From a virus (lineage: Duplodnaviria; Caudoviricetes), in the IMG/VR virus record IMGVR_UViG_3300028886_000084, positions 7,715 to 71,714 of that record: a stretch of DNA of 64,000 bases. One strand, 5' to 3'. A model generated the notes under the pieces. The model saw only the letters and a program-made list of their open reading frames with translations. It was not told the DNA's origin and made no database searches. Below, in pieces: positions 35,903-44,408 of the stretch. Each line of letters opens with the position of its first letter. Positions within the stretch are counted from its first letter, which is position 1. The translations under genes were made by a program, and so were the position numbers.

Positions 35903-37283
35903 GGTCCATCCTCGGTGAAGCTTTGATGCGCTTGAACCCTTTGGCGGTCAGTCTTCTCCTTCTCCCGTTAGGGTCTGTGACGTACACGTGTCCGTTCGGC
36001 GTGTATTCCCATTCGTCGTCATGGTATCTCATGATGGAATTGGCACGTATGTACAGTATCTGGCCGGGGAATCTGTATGACAGCCTCTGAGCGATGTCGA
36101 GGACCTCGTTGCTGGATATGAATGATCCCACCTGTTCATATCTCTCATCGAGATCGATCTCTTGGAAGATCGCCTCGTAGAAATCGTTGTCCCTGGAGGA
36201 GTTCTTCTGTGCGTCCGCAGCCAATTGTTCGATCTCCTTGGATACGAATGCACGGGCACCATTCCTCTCCATCTCGATGGCTTCGGCCCAGACCTGTTCC
36301 GCCTCATATATGTTCTCGGGAGAGAACATGCTCTCTTCCGTGATCGGTTTGGTTATGCGTGATTCCTCGCATATGAATGGGAAGAACCTCCTGTTGCCGC
36401 TCGGGTCGGAGAACAGCTCATATTCATTCGATGTCACGATGGGGATCCATCTGCGGGAATATATCTTGGGCATGCGTGCGTACGCTTCCCTGTACGTGTC
36501 CACCTGAGCAGAGATGAATTCCTTGATGATGTCGGCATTCTCCCTCTTCTTGAACTGCTGGGCCTCGCCCCACTCCACCACCTTCGCACCCATGATGCGC
36601 TCGAAGAATAATTTGGGGTTGTTGACATCGACGGTGGTGGAATTGTACCAACTCTCGTCTATCGCAGCCAGCGCGGTGTATTTGACGAACGTCGTCTTAC
36701 CCACACCCTGGGATTTGCTTATAAGAACAGGGACATTCTCGAATTTCTCTTGGTGCATCGATCTCTTCACGCCCGCGACGAACCATGCCTGTGTCACCTC
36801 TTCGACGATCCTGTCCGACAGTTCATCGGGATAATCCATCAGATGTGCACCGAGCCCATCGATGAACCATCTCCTTACTCTCGGGATGCCGTCCCATTCG
36901 ATATCTTTGATATGTTCATAGAAAGGATCGACCTTCCTCTCGTCGCAGATGTTGTCGAACAGCATCCTGATCTTCTCGAGGCTCGGAGTCTTGCCTAACC
37001 CGTTCTTCTTGAATGTATCATCGATCTTAAAATAGAAATTGTTGAAATCCACATCGGTTATCGGTGTGTATCTGTTCCTCTTCCTCACTTCCGGCATGCG
37101 TTTCAGAAGATTGTACCTGTATCTGTCCACATATCCCTCAGGCATCAGTGTCGGGAGATATGCCAAAATATCCTCCAGGCTGCCTGCCTGAATTATGTCA
37201 CGGGTATCCGAGGGAATATTCCATCTGGTCTGATATGAGGATTCATCGTCGATAAATTCGTCATTGGGCTGCATGGACGACAC
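35874..37283 (-). CDS. VapE/VirE-family helicase (primase-associated type)
   Basis: WDGIPRV, SQGVGKTT, VVEWGE, KEFIS..DTYREAY, TSN, DPSGNRRFFP. Confidence 0.85.
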   Translation of the reverse strand: MSSMQPNDEFIDDESSYQTRWNIPSDTRDIIQAGSLEDILAYLPTLMPEGYVDRYRYNLLKRMPEVRKRNRYTPITDVDFNNFYFKIDDTFKKNGLGKTPSLEKIRMLFDNICDERKVDPFYEHIKDIEWDGIPRVRRWFIDGLGAHLMDYPDELSDRIVEEVTQAWFVAGVKRSMHQEKFENVPVLISKSQGVGKTTFVKYTALAAIDESWYNSTTVDVNNPKLFFERIMGAKVVEWGEAQQFKKRENADIIKEFISAQVDTYREAYARMPKIYSRRWIPIVTSNEYELFSDPSGNRRFFPFICEESRITKPITEESMFSPENIYEAEQVWAEAIEMERNGARAFVSKEIEQLAADAQKNSSRDNDFYEAIFQEIDLDERYEQVGSFISSNEVLDIAQRLSYRFPGQILYIRANSIMRYHDDEWEYTPNGHVYVTDPNGRRRRLTAKGFKRIKASPRMDHENRLVQWG

Positions 37284-37394
37284 ATAATATTGAGGATATA
37301 TATAATTTGGGAACGAGGGGGCGGCAAGAATTGCAGCCCGTTACCGCCCTCTCTGTCGATACCTTCTATCATGTCGGGGTATATATACGGATAC

Positions 37395-37950
37395 GGTGGC
37401 ACCTTGGCACCACGATCTTGTAAAATTCAAGGTGCCAAGTGCCTATATAAACCCTTTATATACTGCAGCATATTATATTATATAGTGGCACCTATGGCAC
37501 CTATATTATGTAACATTTATGTAAATATACAGGAGCACGTATACGCGTAGAGGGGGGAAAAGGGAAGTATAGAGAACTACGGTGCCGATGGTGCCACTTT
37601 CTTCGTTTTTTGGGCATAGCCAGATGTCCCGAAAAAAGGGTGGCACCTCGGAAGTGCCACTTTTCCAGAAAATACGACATAAGACGAATGACCTATTCGT
37701 CGATCGACGTGAATCGACTAATTCATGTTAATTATGTTACTACTTATTTTTTAGTTAAAACGAAGTCACTTACAAAAAATAAAGTATGAAAAAGTGATGA
37801 AAACGGCACCTCCGGTCGGCACGATCACGGCAACAAAAATCCTTATATCTTTGGTGGTCCATCTTGGTAACGTGGTATTCTATCCCCATCGGATACCAAC
37901 TCCTGCCGGGTGAGGATGGGCACCCGCCGGTCCGGGAACCAGCAGTGCCG
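37395..37950. repeat. iteron-like GGCAC(C)/GTGCC repeats, putative replication origin
   Basis: About 14 copies in both orientations within an AT-rich noncoding gap at the strand switch. Confidence 0.7.
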
Positions 37951-38120
37951 GACCGGAAAATGAAGTTTCGCTCATTTACTTCTGACCCATCCCCCATACC
38001 ACCCAGGGCTCGGGTCTAAGATCAGCCTCTCCCCGAGCCCACCCTTCTTTATATCTTGAGAACAATGACCCTACGAGGGCGTCGCTTCCCGGTCTGTAAT
38101 GGTAAGGGATGGGTTTTGGT
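37870..38120 (+). other. GC-rich multi-hairpin element (candidate ncRNA or single-strand origin)
   Basis: CCGGTCCGG/CCGGACCGG and GGGCTCGGG/CCCGAGCCC stems; ACCCATCCC can pair with GGGATGGGT. Confidence 0.4.
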
Positions 38121-38164
38121 CATTCACCCTGGCATAGCGTCTCCGCCCTCACCGAGGCCATGAC

Positions 38165-38746
38165 ATGACACAAGCTGACGAAGATTACATCCTTTTTGAC
38201 AAGGACATAGAACTCATCCCGTTGGATGAGATCAAACCGTACGAGAACAATGCGCGTGTGCACGATGAGCGCAGTCTGCAGATCCTCTGTAATAATATAA
38301 AAGAGCTCAAATTCTCTAAGGAGAGTGCGATATCCGTCGATAAAGATCACGTGATCATCTGCGGGCACGGGAGGTGGATGGCGGCCAAGATGCTGGGCAT
38401 GTCCGTCATACCCTGTGTGGTACGTGACGACCTCACCCCCGAACAGGTGCAGCTCAAACGTAACTCGGACAACATGGCACAGGACCTGTCGCTCTTCGAC
38501 AACGACAAGTTATGGAGCGATCTTGACGGCATATCAGATGATTTCGATCTCGGTGATTTCGGTTTCGAAGTGCCGTCATTCGACGATCTCCCGGAAGAGA
38601 AACCCGAAGTGATGGAGGTCGATGAGCCTACGGGGCCGGCAGAGGAATGTTGGAATACCATCGTCTATATCGACAATCAGGATGATTATGACCTTCTGCA
38701 GGCATTCCTTCTGCAGAACGATCTCACCGGCAAACGCATGAATTAA
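38165..38746 (+). CDS. ParB/Srx N-terminal domain protein
   Basis: IKPYENNARVH, VIICGHGRWMAAKMLG, DN motif. Confidence 0.85.
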   Translation: MTQADEDYILFDKDIELIPLDEIKPYENNARVHDERSLQILCNNIKELKFSKESAISVDKDHVIICGHGRWMAAKMLGMSVIPCVVRDDLTPEQVQLKRNSDNMAQDLSLFDNDKLWSDLDGISDDFDLGDFGFEVPSFDDLPEEKPEVMEVDEPTGPAEECWNTIVYIDNQDDYDLLQAFLLQNDLTGKRMN

Positions 38747-38781
38747 ATATGGTATAATGGATTCATTCTGACGGGATAAGG

Positions 38782-40572
38782 ATGGACAAAGGCGAGTTCT
38801 ATTCACAGCTCTTCTCGATGGGCCTGACCATCGGAGAGGGGAATTTCGTACATACTGTGCCAGACAGAAGTGTGGCCGTGAAATTCTTCAGAATAGTCAA
38901 TGACCGCATCCATCCGGTCGGCGGGGAGCAGGATGTGCCCATATCCGCGGTCGAGACGATGTCCGTGGATGTTGCAAGATCCGTGTTCACCATCGACACC
39001 ATCGGTGACAAGACCATCCAGATCAGAGGGGCGGTCATAGACCCTCCATCGGCACAGGCGCCGTCGCGTGCGATGAGGATGCCGAAGACCGACAGTGAAT
39101 TGGCAGATGTCTTCTCCATATTATACCCCGATTATCCCGAAAAGTTGTTCTATGATGTGATGATGGAGCGCGAGATCGTCGATCTCTCGCTTTTCGATCC
39201 GAATTCTCCCCCAGGCACGTTCGTGGACATGGATGAATCCGTCGAATACATGTATTATGATAATATCGAACGCAGACTGAAGGATCAAGGATACAGCGGC
39301 AACCCTCCGTCGACCGCCGTGAGGTTAAGGGTGCTTCTCGGTAAGATATATTCCTTCAAACGCAACCTCTTCAAGGAATGGGTCCTGTCTCATAAATGGG
39401 ACGGGGTCCGCAGGGTCGACACATGGTTCAAGGACGTGTTCGGTGCAACGGCGCCGCCGCTGCAGGACAAAGGGTTCGAGGACATATATCTTGCAAAGGT
39501 CAGCAGGGCGTGGTTCACCGGTGCGATACGCAGGATGGACCAAGAGGTCGTTCACGAGATCGTGCCTGTACTGATCTCCCCGCAGGGAAAATGCCGTAAG
39601 ACATCCGGTCTGAGATATACAGCGGGGAAACAGCAGTGGTTCAAGGATGTCCTGTCCGACGTCACGAGCACGCAAGGCATCGCCAAATTCCTCGATGCGG
39701 CAAGAGGGAAAGTGATCATAGAATTGGCCGAAAGTACGGCCATAAGGACGAAGGATCAAGATTCCCTCAAGGGATTCATCTCTATGTCATCCGATCAATA
39801 CCGTAAACCCTATGCCCGCCGCGAACAATCGTGGCCCAGACACTTCATTTTAGCAGCAACGTCGAATCTCGATGACGTTTTCACCGATCTGACCGGTAAC
39901 AGACGTTATTATCCGATGTACTGCACACCTTCCGATTTCTCATACCGCACACAGTATAATGTGGAACAGGTGTGGGCGGAGGCATATCTTCTCGCCCAGA
40001 AAGGGGAGCCCTCGTTCATCGACAGCGAGTGGCTGCCGGCCAAGATCATGCAATCGTTCGCCACACAGGAGAACCCGCACGTGTCGATGATAGACACGTT
40101 CCTCAACGATCCGATGAACGGATTCACAAGCATCGACAGGATCACCTGCAGGGAAGAGATACTTGCCGCGGTGTATAAGCTCAATTCCGGTGAGCCGATC
40201 ACCAAAGATATGGAGACCGCATACCGTGCATGGCGCAGAGGCACATACTTCTGGGCATCCACGGCGAAGATGGTGCGTTACGGCACCAGGTGGGTCAAAG
40301 GTCTCAAGCGTATCAAGGCGTCCGATGACAGCAGCACGGTCGATAAGCTCCCTGATGAGCCTGAGGTGCTGGAAGACTCCCTGTCCGATGTGGACACGCT
40401 CGACGGGCGTGCCCTTAAGGCGTTCAATGACGTCGTGATAAGCAACGATCTCAGGTATGAAGGGGAAGTCTTCCCGACTGGGGACATATCTCAGGAGTAT
40501 GTCGATTGGCTGTCGGAGCACGGGTACATCTATGAGAAAGATGGCGTGTACAGGGTGGTCACGTTCGATTGA
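38782..40572 (+). CDS. second VapE/VirE-family helicase with atypical Walker A
   Basis: WDGVRRV, SPQGKCRKT, IELAE, KGFIS..DQYRKPY, DLTGNRRYYP. Confidence 0.8.
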   Translation: MDKGEFYSQLFSMGLTIGEGNFVHTVPDRSVAVKFFRIVNDRIHPVGGEQDVPISAVETMSVDVARSVFTIDTIGDKTIQIRGAVIDPPSAQAPSRAMRMPKTDSELADVFSILYPDYPEKLFYDVMMEREIVDLSLFDPNSPPGTFVDMDESVEYMYYDNIERRLKDQGYSGNPPSTAVRLRVLLGKIYSFKRNLFKEWVLSHKWDGVRRVDTWFKDVFGATAPPLQDKGFEDIYLAKVSRAWFTGAIRRMDQEVVHEIVPVLISPQGKCRKTSGLRYTAGKQQWFKDVLSDVTSTQGIAKFLDAARGKVIIELAESTAIRTKDQDSLKGFISMSSDQYRKPYARREQSWPRHFILAATSNLDDVFTDLTGNRRYYPMYCTPSDFSYRTQYNVEQVWAEAYLLAQKGEPSFIDSEWLPAKIMQSFATQENPHVSMIDTFLNDPMNGFTSIDRITCREEILAAVYKLNSGEPITKDMETAYRAWRRGTYFWASTAKMVRYGTRWVKGLKRIKASDDSSTVDKLPDEPEVLEDSLSDVDTLDGRALKAFNDVVISNDLRYEGEVFPTGDISQEYVDWLSEHGYIYEKDGVYRVVTFD

Positions 40573-40584
40573 TTCCGCTTTTCG

Positions 40585-40592
40585 TTTAAATA
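40585..40592 (+). promoter_or_regulatory. TATA box (probably leaderless transcript)
   Basis: TTTAAATA 22 nt before the ATG at 40615. Confidence 0.6.
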
Positions 40593-40614
40593 CACGTAAT
40601 GTAATCTGTCGAAT

Positions 40615-41499
40615 ATGACACTACAGAACTGCTACAGGACGAGTCCCATCAAAAAGAACTACTCGTATGTGGATGATACGGGGAGATTCCATGCGGGCAA
40701 TACTGCACAGGAAATGAATGAGTATGAGAAATTCGACAAGTATATGGCCGGGAAGAGGAAAGATACACGCGCAAACCTCAGAAAAGATACTGCGAACACC
40801 CTGGGCAGAACGATTGGAAAGATGATGCGCGGCAAGATCGAAGGAGCGGAGAACATGACGCTCTTTTCGACACCGAACGGGGACATCATAGCTTCATGGA
40901 ACGACCCTCAGACACCCGGACAGCGTACTTTCTCAATAGTGGATGTCGATGACAACAATGAGGTGTCGTTGATCCCCGCCTTCTCTCTTGCAGAAGATTC
41001 TTTCGCATCACCTCTGGCCAGTCTGAACAAGGATTGGGTCGACAAAAAAACACTTGGAAGTTTCAGTCCCAAATACGGAGCACTCGATCCAAAGGTATTC
41101 GCCGGGGTCAGAAGGATGTACGACGAATCTGACGGCGCATATACTCCCAGATCAGTCTATGCTTCAGCACTCGAAGCCCCGATATGGGATTTCACAAATA
41201 TCATACAGGTCCCTGGACGCGAGAATGCGCCCAGGATCGGCAGAATGCCCTCTACGACAAGGACCCGCAGAGACGCATGGGTGGTGAAAGGTGAAGATCC
41301 CATAGCGACTCCCGAGATGGAAGAGGAGTCCGAGGTCCAGTTGGAGAAGTTCAACGAATCCACTACCGACATGTTCGCCAGAATGCGTGCCGCAAGGATG
41401 AAGAAAAAAGATGTGGTCACGGATGACAGCGGAAGTGTCGATATCGTGAAATCATCCACACACTCACTCTTCAAAAGTCGTATGAAGGGAAGCAGATAA
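40615..41499 (+). CDS. hypothetical protein carrying two copies of the shared helix motif
   Basis: STTDMFARMR and STHSLFKSRM. Confidence 0.75.
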   Translation: MTLQNCYRTSPIKKNYSYVDDTGRFHAGNTAQEMNEYEKFDKYMAGKRKDTRANLRKDTANTLGRTIGKMMRGKIEGAENMTLFSTPNGDIIASWNDPQTPGQRTFSIVDVDDNNEVSLIPAFSLAEDSFASPLASLNKDWVDKKTLGSFSPKYGALDPKVFAGVRRMYDESDGAYTPRSVYASALEAPIWDFTNIIQVPGRENAPRIGRMPSTTRTRRDAWVVKGEDPIATPEMEEESEVQLEKFNESTTDMFARMRAARMKKKDVVTDDSGSVDIVKSSTHSLFKSRMKGSR

Positions 41500-41527
41500 T
41501 TATATATCATAATGCTATATTGGCATT

Positions 41528-41755
41528 ATGCCAAACCGTAAGAACCCAAACCCGCCGCTTGACTGGTGTCAGGCGTGCGGGAAATATTTCCCATATTCTA
41601 AGGACAGGAACGAATGTCCGGTCTGCGGCACTCAGGTCACACATGCCAGATGCTGCCGCTGCGGTAACGTCTGGGCACTTGTGACCAGAAGACCCAAACA
41701 ATGTCCTAGATGCAAGAACACCCGTTGGTATCAGATGAAGGGGGACAGATCATGA
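41528..41755 (+). CDS. double zinc-ribbon protein
   Basis: CQAC, CPVC, CCRC, CPRC. Confidence 0.7.
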   Translation: MPNRKNPNPPLDWCQACGKYFPYSKDRNECPVCGTQVTHARCCRCGNVWALVTRRPKQCPRCKNTRWYQMKGDRS

Positions 41756-42465
41756 AGGTCGACTCCGATGCATTGATCAATATCCTCAAAGAAGTGGATG
41801 CATTGAGCATCAGGGAGATCACGGCGATCCCTCTCGATGGAGGATTGGATTTTCATGCGATGGATCCTTCATGCACTTCGATCGTGAAGGCCGTTGCGAA
41901 ACCCGCAGCATTCCCGGACGGGTGTGACATGGAATCCGCCACATCCTTATCCATCCCGTTCCTGCTCGGAGCATTGCAGAAGGGCAAGATGTGCGACATG
42001 GAGGTCAAAGGCGGTCAGATCGTTGTAAAATACGACAAATCCAAAAGGACGCACCGTCTCATCGATCCGGAAGAGAAGGCAAGACCTGTTCCTTCGCTGG
42101 AAGGGTGGGACACCTGCGTTGTGATGAGCGATGACATCCTTACGACACTCAAACAGTCCTGTTTCACGGACATCAAATCCGATAACGGCGGCGTCATGGC
42201 CACGATGTTCGATGCGGGACTGAGATTCTCGATAAGATCGGATACAGAATCGGCAGAGATGGTCGTGGATGGGACTGCAGCTCTGGAAGAAGGCGAGCAG
42301 ACCGCTGTCTTTTCCACTGCTGTACTTCTTCCCATCGTCAAATCGCTGCCGAAAGATGTGATGATCACGATATCGATGAAAACGAACGCACCGATGGTAT
42401 TATCCATCGATGAAGATACATATTCGATGAAGATATTCATTGCACCGCTCATAATAGAGGATTGA
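41752..42465 (+). CDS. pcn: PCNA (archaeal DNA sliding clamp)
   Basis: FHAMDPS, two-domain length of about 237 aa, KIFIAPLI C-terminus. Confidence 0.85.
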   Translation: MKVDSDALINILKEVDALSIREITAIPLDGGLDFHAMDPSCTSIVKAVAKPAAFPDGCDMESATSLSIPFLLGALQKGKMCDMEVKGGQIVVKYDKSKRTHRLIDPEEKARPVPSLEGWDTCVVMSDDILTTLKQSCFTDIKSDNGGVMATMFDAGLRFSIRSDTESAEMVVDGTAALEEGEQTAVFSTAVLLPIVKSLPKDVMITISMKTNAPMVLSIDEDTYSMKIFIAPLIIED

Positions 42466-42469
42466 TCGC

Positions 42470-42739
42470 ATGGATGATGAGGAATTCAAGATCAAGGAGG
42501 AGAATAAGAACCCCCCTCCAAGGGTGATGCAGATCGTCGAGAGGGCGATGCTTGTCGATGATGCGATGATATCGATCGATTCGTTGATCGGTGCTCTGTT
42601 CCAATTGAAAGCATACATCAATACGGACAATTCATCCATTGAGAACATAAGTGAGTATCTGAACGATCTCACGGACACGATGGATGGCTTGATCAAGATG
42701 ATGGTCACCAAGAAACTGAAAAAGAAGGTAAAAAAATGA
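42470..42739 (+). CDS. hypothetical protein
   Basis: Coupled ORF. Confidence 0.65.
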   Translation: MDDEEFKIKEENKNPPPRVMQIVERAMLVDDAMISIDSLIGALFQLKAYINTDNSSIENISEYLNDLTDTMDGLIKMMVTKKLKKKVKK

Positions 42740-43053
42740 ACAACAGGAAGAAAATCGAAGCATTTTTGACCAATGACGATGGTCTGAACCTGCTCAAAGC
42801 GGTCGATCTGCTGAATCCCATCACCATTCCCGCTGATAAGATCCACACCATCAAGGATCTGAGCGTATATATGGGTCTTCCGCTGAAAGAAACGTGGATG
42901 CTTGTCGACGAAGCGTACGATGCGGGACTGGTGATGTTCTGCGGCGGTCTTCTGTCAAGGAAGAAGATCGATCTCACGGATCTGGGGGAGATGTTCTGTG
43001 AATGTTCCACTCCGGAACACATAAAAGAGGTGTTGAAAAATGTCAAAGATTGA
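42736..43053 (+). CDS. putative winged-helix protein
   Basis: IKDLSVYMGLPLKETWMLVDEAYDAGLV. Confidence 0.55.
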   Translation: MNNRKKIEAFLTNDDGLNLLKAVDLLNPITIPADKIHTIKDLSVYMGLPLKETWMLVDEAYDAGLVMFCGGLLSRKKIDLTDLGEMFCECSTPEHIKEVLKNVKD

Positions 43054-43279
43054 AGTCTTTTGTATAGACAACTGCCCGAACTGCAAGAAACTCTGCATGT
43101 TGCTGGACCGCGCGAACATAGAGTACGGCCATTTCAATCTGGACCAGTCCGCTGACGATCTCGCGGAAGCTGCGTTCAGGGGGATAATGAGTGAACCGTT
43201 CCCCGTGGTCTTCATCGATGAGGTGAAACTGGACCCTGCGACACCCGCAGAATATTTCCGTAAAATCAGAGGTGCCTGA
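43040..43279 (+). CDS. glutaredoxin (NrdH-like)
   Basis: CPNC active site, FPVVFID. Confidence 0.85.
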   Translation: MSKIEVFCIDNCPNCKKLCMLLDRANIEYGHFNLDQSADDLAEAAFRGIMSEPFPVVFIDEVKLDPATPAEYFRKIRGA

Positions 43280-43511
43280 GATGGCAAAATACAGGATAAG
43301 AATCTACAATACCCAAGGACTGGAGCTGATGAACCGCCCTTTCGAGGACTCGGCGATGTGGAACAAGTATTGGGACGACATACAGAAGAAAGAAAGCCTT
43401 CTAGGGTTCGCAGGACAAGGCCTGCTGATCCTGTCGAAGGAATATATGACCCAGGCAGGGAACTGGGAGTCGGAGGACAAATTCCCGGTAACGATCCAGG
43501 AGACGATATGA
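43272..43511 (+). CDS. hypothetical protein
   Basis: Coupled ORF. Confidence 0.6.
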   Translation: MPEMAKYRIRIYNTQGLELMNRPFEDSAMWNKYWDDIQKKESLLGFAGQGLLILSKEYMTQAGNWESEDKFPVTIQETI

Positions 43512-43912
43512 TGGCAGCATCGAAGAAAAAGAAGAAAATGATACAATTATGCTTCCTGACACTCGAGAATGTCGAGTCTGGGAGTGCGCTGAGAGCAAAT
43601 TCCATGAAGATCCTCTTCAGGGCGATGGCAGAGACCTGCGGCGGAGAGTTCAAGGAGGCGAAACATGCGATCACCGTGATGGCAGAGTGCGATATGGGGT
43701 CTGCGGAAGAAGCAGAGAGGGCATACAAGGAATGTGTGACCCGCGTCGATTATGCAGACTTCTATTCTGAACAGAAATTGATCGAAAAATCGCAGAAACT
43801 CGCCAAATTATGTGATGAATACAAATGCAGGATCACGCCCGCAGTCATCCTCAAGCAGGGCAACAAACTCGGGATGGAGTCTGAATTGTTCTGCTGGGAG
43901 TGGGAGCTATGA
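43508..43912 (+). CDS. hypothetical protein
   Basis: ATGA overlap at 43508. Confidence 0.65.
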   Translation: MMAASKKKKKMIQLCFLTLENVESGSALRANSMKILFRAMAETCGGEFKEAKHAITVMAECDMGSAEEAERAYKECVTRVDYADFYSEQKLIEKSQKLAKLCDEYKCRITPAVILKQGNKLGMESELFCWEWEL

Positions 43913-44358
43913 GCCGCAGAAAGAAGGTCGCAGAAGAACCTGTCGAAGAGGTCGAAACGACCCCTGCTCCGGAAGTGATCGTCGAGGAGACTGCCGCACC
44001 TGCAGAGCCGGTCGTTGAGAAGGAGTCGGACGGTACACAGCCGTCAGAACCGACCGCTTCTGCGCCCAAGACTGCATATGAGATTGCGACGGCAATAAGA
44101 GAGGACATCAAAAGAACGATCGATTGTTCCCCGAAAAGGAATGATGCGACGACGATGCCTGCCATTGTCAATCTCAGATGCAGGACCGGGGATTTTCATT
44201 TTACGATGCCTCAATTCGATGCTAAGACGGTCAGCAGACTTTGGGACAAATACAAGAACACCATCGAGCCTGAACAGTTCGTAGCATATCTGTATACGAC
44301 AATGGGGTTGAATCCTCCCAAACTGTACATGTTCATGGACATCATAAACATCTCATAA
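43909..44358 (+). CDS. hypothetical protein with acidic Pro/Glu-rich N-terminus
   Basis: ATGA overlap at 43909. Confidence 0.65.
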   Translation: MSRRKKVAEEPVEEVETTPAPEVIVEETAAPAEPVVEKESDGTQPSEPTASAPKTAYEIATAIREDIKRTIDCSPKRNDATTMPAIVNLRCRTGDFHFTMPQFDAKTVSRLWDKYKNTIEPEQFVAYLYTTMGLNPPKLYMFMDIINIS

Positions 44359-44408
44359 ACCATTTTTCACCATTCTTTTTTATAGACAGGTGACGATAAA
44401 GAGCATAT

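Noticed and set aside
37193-37997. Short ORFs within the origin gap
   Set aside because: They have low-complexity composition, no SD and overlap iterons and AT tracts.
37900-38160. tRNA or hammerhead ribozyme in the hairpin region
   Set aside because: There is no cloverleaf or TTC-loop; a CGAAAC exists on the minus strand but no CTGAnGA core accompanies it.
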